Source: an uncultured Desulfarculus sp. (lineage in GTDB: Bacteria > Desulfobacterota > Desulfarculia > Desulfarculales > Desulfarculaceae). From it: DNA of 64,000 bases. Positions 57,110-64,000 of this stretch are shown in pieces (the first letter of the stretch is position 1; each line of letters starts with the position of its first letter). The notes under the pieces were generated by a model. The model saw only the letters and a list, made by a program, of their open reading frames with translations, had not been told where the DNA came from and made no database searches. A program made the position numbers and the translations under genes. The stretch covers positions 1,344,001 through 1,408,000 of the forward strand of contig CAXXUK010000001.1 in NCBI GenBank assembly GCA_963665125.2, read 5' to 3'.

Positions 57110-58963
57110 TCAATAATTTGGCAATCCGGACCAACCCATTGCCGTCCAGTAGAAGGCCGCCATCAGCATCAGTATGGTCAAGTTCGTGAAGAACAGGATC
57201 AAACCAGCGCGCATATAGTCCTTTTGCTCCAGCATGCCGCTGGCATAGACGATGGCGTTGGGCGGAGTACCGATGATCAGGCAGTAGGCCAGCGAAGAAG
57301 CTATGGCCGTACTCATTGCCGTGAACGGAATCATGCTGGTGCCAGGATGGACCAAGCCGGCCATGGCCAGGGTCACGGGGCCAACCGCCGCGCAAGCAGG
57401 ACCGTCAGCCATGAGCTGGGTCAGCAGACCCGTGATGACGTTGCCGCTCAAGAGGAGGCCCAGGCCGCTGCCCAAACCAAGGGGCACGGTGAGGTCGACG
57501 ATTGATTGGGCGATCCAGAAGGCGCCGCCGGTGGAGGTCAGGATTCGACCGAAGGCGATGGCTCCGGCGTACAACCAGACAACACCCCAGTCGACTCCGG
57601 TCTGGTAGTCGCGCCAGTTGACGACTCCCGCCAGGATGTAGGCTATGGCGCCCATCACGGCCAGCACGCCGATGCCGAAGCGGATGCCTGTCAAATCGTA
57701 CAACAAGTTCTTTTCAGTGATCCAGCAGAACAGCATCACCAGGAAGATGATCACCGATATGATTTGCTGCTTGCTCCATCCGCCGCCCTCACGGTTGATT
57801 TCCTCCTTGACCACGCGGATGGCCGGACCGAGGTCCAAGGTCTTGGGCTTGAAGCGCCAGTTGATTACGAACCAGGTCAGCGGAACAACGGCCAACAGGA
57901 ACGGTACGCAGTAGATCATCCACTGGCCGAAACCGATGTTGATGCCGAACATGTCTTCGGCGTAGCTCATCATGATGATGTTACGGGCCGCGCCGGACGG
58001 GGCAAGTGAACCGCCGAGGTTGCAGGCCATGGCGATGGTGATCATCAGCATCTTGCCCAATTCGGGGTCATCGTCGCCCGAGGCCGCGGTGGCGGTGGTG
58101 TAGAGCAGGATGCCGATGGGCAGGAACATTGCCGCCAGGGCGTGGTCACTCATGAACATGGTCAAGGGCGCGATAATCAGGATAATGATAAATGTAATCC
58201 ACTTGACCGAGGGCTTCTTGAGCCTGCCGAACATCATCATGGCTATTCGCCGGTCAACGCCCGTCTTGACGAAGGCAACGGCGAACATAAGGCTACCCAT
58301 GATGAACCACGTTGCGTCGGACCAGAAAGTCGGCGCCACGGTGCTCCGGTTGAAGATGCCGGCCAACACGCCGATGATGCCGATACAGAAGGCGACCATG
58401 GGCAGCGGTATGGCCTCGGTGAGGAAGCAACCCACCACGAAGACCACCAAGGCCACGGCCACCTTGACGTGGAAGCCCGCCGTTTCAACCTTGGCCCTAT
58501 CGGAATCCGATAGATCCGCGAGCTTTATGCCATTGCTCTTGAGATTGTAGGCCGATCGCAACAGGCCCTCGAACTTTTCCTTGCCCAGGTTGCTGGCAAC
58601 CTCCCGGATCTTTGTCAGATTAGACGCGCTAACCTCGACGCCGGCCTTCTCGGCCCACTTCTGATCGCGCTTGAGGAAGTTTTCATAGCCGAAAGAAGCC
58701 TTGTTTATACTGGCCTCCATCAGCCCGATTGTCTGCAACTGCCACTGCACCAACTCTGAATAGTCGGCGCTGAACACTTCCTTGGCGATCAACTGCTTGA
58801 CATACTTAGGTCCAAGGGAGTATTCGGCGCCGACCCGCATCATGCTGTCGGGCGTCGGCAGTAATAAAACGAGAATAAAAAGCCCCAGGGGGATTACGAA
58901 CTTCTTCCAATCGATATATCGATCGTAACCTGTTGCCTTTTTTTGACTTTTTGTTTGGGTCAT
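57110..58963 (-). CDS. DASS/SLC13 anion symporter with a large soluble insertion
   Basis: TEAIPLP, FIMGSLMFA...KTGVDRRIA, NLGGSLAPSGAARN, VDWGVVWLYAG, IGTPPNAIVY; AGGAGAGG RBS. Confidence 0.9.
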   Translation of the reverse strand: MTQTKSQKKATGYDRYIDWKKFVIPLGLFILVLLLPTPDSMMRVGAEYSLGPKYVKQLIAKEVFSADYSELVQWQLQTIGLMEASINKASFGYENFLKRDQKWAEKAGVEVSASNLTKIREVASNLGKEKFEGLLRSAYNLKSNGIKLADLSDSDRAKVETAGFHVKVAVALVVFVVGCFLTEAIPLPMVAFCIGIIGVLAGIFNRSTVAPTFWSDATWFIMGSLMFAVAFVKTGVDRRIAMMMFGRLKKPSVKWITFIIILIIAPLTMFMSDHALAAMFLPIGILLYTTATAASGDDDPELGKMLMITIAMACNLGGSLAPSGAARNIIMMSYAEDMFGINIGFGQWMIYCVPFLLAVVPLTWFVINWRFKPKTLDLGPAIRVVKEEINREGGGWSKQQIISVIIFLVMLFCWITEKNLLYDLTGIRFGIGVLAVMGAIAYILAGVVNWRDYQTGVDWGVVWLYAGAIAFGRILTSTGGAFWIAQSIVDLTVPLGLGSGLGLLLSGNVITGLLTQLMADGPACAAVGPVTLAMAGLVHPGTSMIPFTAMSTAIASSLAYCLIIGTPPNAIVYASGMLEQKDYMRAGLILFFTNLTILMLMAAFYWTAMGWSGLPNY

Positions 58964-59200
58964 CCAGACACCTCTCCTGTAGAACCGACCCTGTTTAGCA
59001 GCCTTTGCTGTTTCGCAAAGGCATCATGAGCGCGCCGGACTATGTCTGTGCGAACTTCGCCAAAAACCAAAGCGCAGACATGATCAACGCCAGGTAGAAA
59101 TAGACCTTCCTTTCTTTTTCCCTGTTCAGGCGGGTAACCCATTTTGTTTTTGAATTAGAGCTGTTCACGGCATCGCCTCTCGTTTTAGGTTTGGTTTCGT

Positions 59201-59671
59201 TCAGCTCTGGCTCCAGCCGCTTTCATCGACTTCCTTGACCAACTCCCGGGGCGAGGCCATCGCCTTGCGCATCTGCGCCGAGCGGATCTTTTCCTCGACC
59301 TGCAAACGCTTGCCATAGGCGTCCTCCGCCTTTTCAAGCAATTCGCTGATCTCGCAGGGTTTGGTCAGATAATCAAAAGCGCCTGTGCGCATACCCTCCA
59401 CTGCCGAATCAATGGTGGCGTGTCCGGTAAGCATGATCACTTCAACCATGGGGTATCGCTGTTTGATCTGCTTGAGCACCTCAACGCCGTCCATGCCCGG
59501 CATCTTCACGTCGAGGATCACAACATCAACGTGGTTGTTTTCCAATATCTCCAAGGCCTCCATGCCGCTATTGGCAGTAAGCGGCTCGTAGCCTTTACGT
59601 GTCAGCAATTTGACCGTGGTGGACAAAAATCTTTCCTCGTCGTCCACCAGAAGCATCTTGACCATCGACAT
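59201..59671 (-). CDS. Receiver-domain response regulator with short coiled-coil tail
   Basis: LLVDDE, LDVKMPG, LTGHA, LTKP. Confidence 0.9.
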   Translation of the reverse strand: MSMVKMLLVDDEERFLSTTVKLLTRKGYEPLTANSGMEALEILENNHVDVVILDVKMPGMDGVEVLKQIKQRYPMVEVIMLTGHATIDSAVEGMRTGAFDYLTKPCEISELLEKAEDAYGKRLQVEEKIRSAQMRKAMASPRELVKEVDESGWSQS

Positions 59672-59725
59672 CGTTCGCCTCCCTCGCGGGTAAATTTCCT
59701 TATCCTATGGCCGGCCCGACATGCG

Positions 59726-61414
59726 TCAGGCCGCCGGTAGCGTGATTGTAAATTCGGAGCCCTGGCCTTCCCGGCTGGACACCTCAATGGTTCCCTTCAT
59801 TTGCTCGATGATTCCAAAACAGACCGGCAGCCCCAGACCCGTGCCTTGCCCCACCGGCTTGGTCGTAAAGAACGGAGTGAAAATGCGCTGCATGTTTTCC
59901 TGGCTTATGCCTGATCCGTTGTCAGAAACGGCCAGGCGCACATCATTGTTGCCGTTGCTTCTCAGGCTGACGATTATGCGTCCCCCTTGGGCTCCGTGCT
60001 TTGCTACAACAGCGTCGAAGGCATTGTTGAGCAGGTTCAACAGAACTTGTTGCAGTTGACCGGGGTCCGCCATGACCGGAGGCGTATCCGGGTCCATCTG
60101 GCTGGCCAGTTCAACGCCGCTGACCTGGGCCTTCTTGGCCACCATATGCAAAACTTCGGGAACGAATTGAGTAAGGCTGAGCTCCTGGGGCTTGGCTTCT
60201 TTTTGCCTAGCGAACTTCAATATTGACTGAGTGATGTTGCCGCATCGATCAATCTGGAGCTTAATTTGGCTGATGGAGTCCAGGAGCTCAGCCGTATCTT
60301 GGTTTTCCGGCAATATGTTGCTGGCCTGCATATCTTGCAGTATGGCTTCCACCAGGGATTGTTCGGCCCTGATGATTTGCAATGGGTTGTTTATCTCGTG
60401 GGCGAATCCAGCCGACATCTCGCCGATCTCAGCAAGCCGACTGGCAACAATAAGTTGCTGGTTCAGCAGATTCTTTTCTCTATCCATTCTCGTCAGGCGG
60501 GAGATGATCTTGTTGGTGAGATAGAATCCCATGCTGACTATGCCCGCCAGACCGGCGAACAGGATAAGCGCCACCACGAACCACGCGGTTCGCAGATCTC
60601 TTAGTACGTCGGACCTTTCCTGGCGTACTATCAGCTCCCAGTCCTTGCCCTTGAGCCAAGTCGCGGCGTACATGTATGTTTCGCCATCGTTGTCGGATAT
60701 GAAGGTCTTTACGCCATGGTAGCGGGGCTCGGTGGCTATGGGCTCATTGTCCTTTTCCATGAGTTCGCCACCGCTTCTGCGCTCGGTTTGGAAAATGCCC
60801 GCGCTGTTGACGATGTAGGCCTCACCTGTCTTGCCCATGCGCACCTTTTCGACCATGTCGGTGAAAAAGGCGGAATCGATGGTAGCCCGCAGGACCCATT
60901 GCTCACCCTGGCCGCCAACCGAAATAGCAATGATGAAGTGAGGCACCTTGCGGAAACCCAGAAACACGTCACTAATGTAATAGCCCCTGCTCAGCACCTG
61001 CCGGTACCACGGTTCGTTGATGTAGATCTTTCCCTTTAGGGGGTATGGCCCCACATAAGCCACATGGACGCCCGAGGGATCGAAAACGCCCAAGTCGACG
61101 AAGGCGGGGGAAATACCCCTCAATGTGTCGAAAATCTTATGGAGCTTCTCGCTTTCATTGATTTTTTCAAAGGGAACGGTGCTTGCGATGAGCGTCAGGT
61201 CATCCTTTCGCTCCGACAGGAACATTTCGATGACCTTGCGGTGATCTTCAGCAATTCGCACCATCCGCGAAAACGATTCCCGCTCTAGTGAGGATGAGAA
61301 GTAAAAAAAACCCACAATCACCACCAAAACGAATGGGATGGCAGGTGCGAGAATCATTGCGGCTAGGATTTTGTTTCTTAGGGGCCGGTATGGGTGCTTT
61401 TCCTGGCTTGCCAT
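59726..61414 (-). CDS. Cache-domain membrane sensor histidine kinase
   Basis: TM-Cache (ISDVFLGFRKVPH, GKTGEAYIVN)-TM, AHEINNPL, FTPFFTTK, GTGLGL. Start 61414 or 61480. Confidence 0.92.
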   Translation of the reverse strand: MASQEKHPYRPLRNKILAAMILAPAIPFVLVVIVGFFYFSSSLERESFSRMVRIAEDHRKVIEMFLSERKDDLTLIASTVPFEKINESEKLHKIFDTLRGISPAFVDLGVFDPSGVHVAYVGPYPLKGKIYINEPWYRQVLSRGYYISDVFLGFRKVPHFIIAISVGGQGEQWVLRATIDSAFFTDMVEKVRMGKTGEAYIVNSAGIFQTERRSGGELMEKDNEPIATEPRYHGVKTFISDNDGETYMYAATWLKGKDWELIVRQERSDVLRDLRTAWFVVALILFAGLAGIVSMGFYLTNKIISRLTRMDREKNLLNQQLIVASRLAEIGEMSAGFAHEINNPLQIIRAEQSLVEAILQDMQASNILPENQDTAELLDSISQIKLQIDRCGNITQSILKFARQKEAKPQELSLTQFVPEVLHMVAKKAQVSGVELASQMDPDTPPVMADPGQLQQVLLNLLNNAFDAVVAKHGAQGGRIIVSLRSNGNNDVRLAVSDNGSGISQENMQRIFTPFFTTKPVGQGTGLGLPVCFGIIEQMKGTIEVSSREGQGSEFTITLPAA

Positions 61415-62634
61415 TCGATGACTCGTATTTGTGTTAACAAAGACAAGGGCTCCTGACCCTATGTTGCTATGAATTTTCACAAATTTCGGTCATATGAAGA
61501 ATAGGGCCTGAAGCCCCTTTTGAGGCTGGCGTTCACTTATAATGGGTTAGGGTTTTTCCCTTACCCCGGTAAAGGCCCTCCACTGCCGGCTGGATATTTC
61601 CGGGCCGCTGGTCATGTCCCTTGAGATCAAACGAACGGTAGGCTCCAATAAAACAGATATTGCCGCAATCCGCGTAATCGCGTCAAAGGAGTTCACCGAT
61701 GTAGAGTCTCACGAAATACAATTTGCAACAGATTGATTTATCATTACTTTTAGGCGATAAACAACGCGGGGATGAATGAAAGCGACTATTGACCACCAGA
61801 GCCATAACACGGTCGTCTACAGGCTCCGCCCGAAATGGGCCATGACAGCCTATCGTCGGCACTCGGTTTTTAGTCATATCATTTTTCTGAAATTGACCGG
61901 CTCATGTCCTAAGAGTTGGTTACCCTGCCCTGGCCATAGTCATATTCCCCCATTCCGGTATCGGGCCTGCCCTTCACAACCTTAGATATCGTAGTGGTCG
62001 CATTTGCTTCTGCGGTCTCACATAAAACCAGCCGGGCACTCTAAAATCTTTTTTCGCCGTATTTCGGGGAATATATTCGGCAGGTCATGCGGTCGATAAT
62101 GAATGACTTTGCCAGGTTATGATCATGCTATGTTGTCGAAATGAGCAAAAAACGTAAACCTAAGAGTCACATCATAAACTCATGCATATTAGCCACAGAG
62201 ACTTGCTTTTACTTATCATGCTGAGTGCAACCCAGCCTTGCAGCGTCATATCTATGAGATTCGTAAATTAATGAAATTTTAAGGCGATCACCCCATTTAC
62301 ACGGGAAAATTATATGGTATTCAGCGTATAAGGCCTTGTGATACTCCGAAATATCAGATATCACAACCAACATTTTCAATGGATCATATAGACTTCAATT
62401 GGTTTGATTGGAACAGGCGTTCAACATTTATTATCGGAAAAAGTCCTGACAATATAAGGATGATAGTAGCAATTTAACCAATACTACTTAGTGAAGTAAG
62501 CCAGCTACTGCCGGCTGGAATTTCAACACTTATAATATTAATAACTAGTATCATTTTTTTGCGTATATGGAATTTCTTTGATTCTGATCAATTTTTTAAA
62601 TATAAATTTAAATATTATTATGACAAGGTGACGC

Positions 62635-64000
62635 ATGCTTGAGTTAATAACATTTTTCTTTTTGATTCTTGGCGTTTTGCCTCTCATATATAGTCTGCAT
62701 ATTGCAAGAAAAAAAGCTGATTACCTTGGAGACACCGTATTTATTGGAAGACAAGAAATCCAACAACTTCGTTTAGCTCAAAAAAACCTTATCAAGAGAT
62801 TTTTTGACCGTACCGCCAAATTAGAACAAAGGAATCGTGAGTTGAGGGAGGCCCTGGCAAGCCTCAATCAGAAGACGTATGAATTGAAGCAATTTTTCGA
62901 TATCACACCAGATTTATTTTGTATGGCAGACAAAGCAGGCAGATTTCACATGGTAAATCCAGCATTTTGCGACTTGCTCGGATATACGAGTGACGAGTTG
63001 CTAAGCCAGCCCATATTGACATTTGTCCACCCCGATGACCACGAATCCACCAACAAAGACATTAGGTTAGCATGCCAAGGTTATGCAATAAGGAATTCTA
63101 AAAACCGTTATATAGCCAAGGACGGATCAATAAAAACACTATCATGGTCTTCGAGCAGCGCTGATGGATCTTCCATCACTTACGCGGCGGCCAGGGATAT
63201 CACGGAGCAGGTAATAGCTCATAAAATATTAAAAGATCAACAAGATATGATCAACGCCATTGTCGACACCTCGCCTGTGGGACTGGGTTTTTATCACGGG
63301 GAAAAGGTAGTCTGGGCGAATAAGACTTTATTAGAAATATTGGGATGTAACAACACCGACCATGTCACAAGAACAGCAATTGGTTATTCCGTAAACACGA
63401 GTGATTCGTTTTCAGATTTAGTCAAATTAATACAAGTCGGCAATATCGGAATCGTCTCCATAGATGCCTCTATCTCAAAATGTGACGGCACCGTTGCCGA
63501 AGTTCTGGTGCAAGGAAAGCTGTTGGATTCCGAAGAGCCAAAGAACGGAGCGATCTTTACAGTCACCGATATTACCAAGCGGATAAAGTATGAATTGCAA
63601 TTAAAAGGCTATAAGCAAAGGTTGGGTATCCTTCTAAAGGAACTAACAATGGCCGAGGAACGACAGCGCCGATCCATAGCCGGTGAACTGCATGACAGCA
63701 TCAGTCAGGATTTGGCCCTTTTACGTATCAAACTTCAACTACTGGCCACCCAAACAGGAAAAGAGAGAAAACAAGAAGTACAGCAAATAATCAGTCAACT
63801 TGATAGTGTCCTGAAATCAACCCGCGACATGACAGTTCAATTAAGTCCGCCTGTTCTGAGCCAATTCGGAATCGATGCGGCGGTTGACTGGCTATTGGTC
63901 CGCATGAAGGCCGAAGTGGGTTATTTTATTGAGTACTCACGCAGCGGCAAGGCAAGGCGGCCTGATACGGAAGTGGAAACCTTGTTTTTTCGTTGCATCC
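62635..64000 (+). CDS. PAS-domain sensor histidine kinase, HisKA_3 (NarX/UhpB) class (partial; runs off the right edge)
   Basis: Absent from the ORF track; translated by hand: MLELITFFFLILGVLPLIY TM segment, PAS (VNPAFCDLLGY...FVHPDD), EERQRRSIAGELHDSISQDL. AT-rich codons. Confidence 0.88.
   Translation, partial: MLELITFFFLILGVLPLIYSLHIARKKADYLGDTVFIGRQEIQQLRLAQKNLIKRFFDRTAKLEQRNRELREALASLNQKTYELKQFFDITPDLFCMADKAGRFHMVNPAFCDLLGYTSDELLSQPILTFVHPDDHESTNKDIRLACQGYAIRNSKNRYIAKDGSIKTLSWSSSSADGSSITYAAARDITEQVIAHKILKDQQDMINAIVDTSPVGLGFYHGEKVVWANKTLLEILGCNNTDHVTRTAIGYSVNTSDSFSDLVKLIQVGNIGIVSIDASISKCDGTVAEVLVQGKLLDSEEPKNGAIFTVTDITKRIKYELQLKGYKQRLGILLKELTMAEERQRRSIAGELHDSISQDLALLRIKLQLLATQTGKERKQEVQQIISQLDSVLKSTRDMTVQLSPPVLSQFGIDAAVDWLLVRMKAEVGYFIEYSRSGKARRPDTEVETLFFRCI

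Noticed and set aside
58960..59142. 60-aa ORF overlapping the DASS start (ATGA)
   Set aside because: No RBS or recognisable features; the DASS gene has its own strong RBS, so the overlap may be chance.

Overview
A GC-rich bacterial chromosome segment. Gene content (sigma54 regulation, DASS/REC-CBS modules, glutaconate-type CoA-transferase) suggests an anaerobic Desulfobacterota-like deltaproteobacterium; this is inference only. From left to right: (1) a tightly packed minus-strand operon of PadR, extended SDR, classical SDR, glycyl-radical enzyme (GRE), CoA-transferase alpha/beta, MmgE/PrpD and acyl-CoA dehydrogenase, running off the left edge. This is the best candidate for an undescribed anaerobic catabolic pathway, and no GRE activase is visible. 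(2) TetR, USP and a Liv-type ABC importer divergent from fabG-like and fadD-like genes. (3) A secreted 16-Cys protein, cfa and uup. (4) A lysine-type decarboxylase with two different antiporters. (5) A B12-binding radical SAM protein. (6) An EctR/CosR-type MarR with a recognisable operator, followed by proVWX and a porin. (7) A sigma54-driven soluble chemoreceptor-like protein with inverted domain order. (8) A second Liv-type ABC importer with an M20 hydrolase. (9) A lower-GC deacetylase-GNAT-GNAT trio. (10) About 15 kb with two convergent SLC13/DASS transporter operons embedded in signalling genes (bEBP with sigma54 promoter and enhancer repeats, USP, two degenerate cytidylate-kinase-like proteins, four receiver proteins, two kinases, two tiny paralogous membrane proteins, a porin). 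(11) An AT-rich spacer and a PAS histidine kinase running off the right edge. No rRNA, tRNA, CRISPR array or transposase was recognised. All calls come from motif recognition by eye; no database searches were run.
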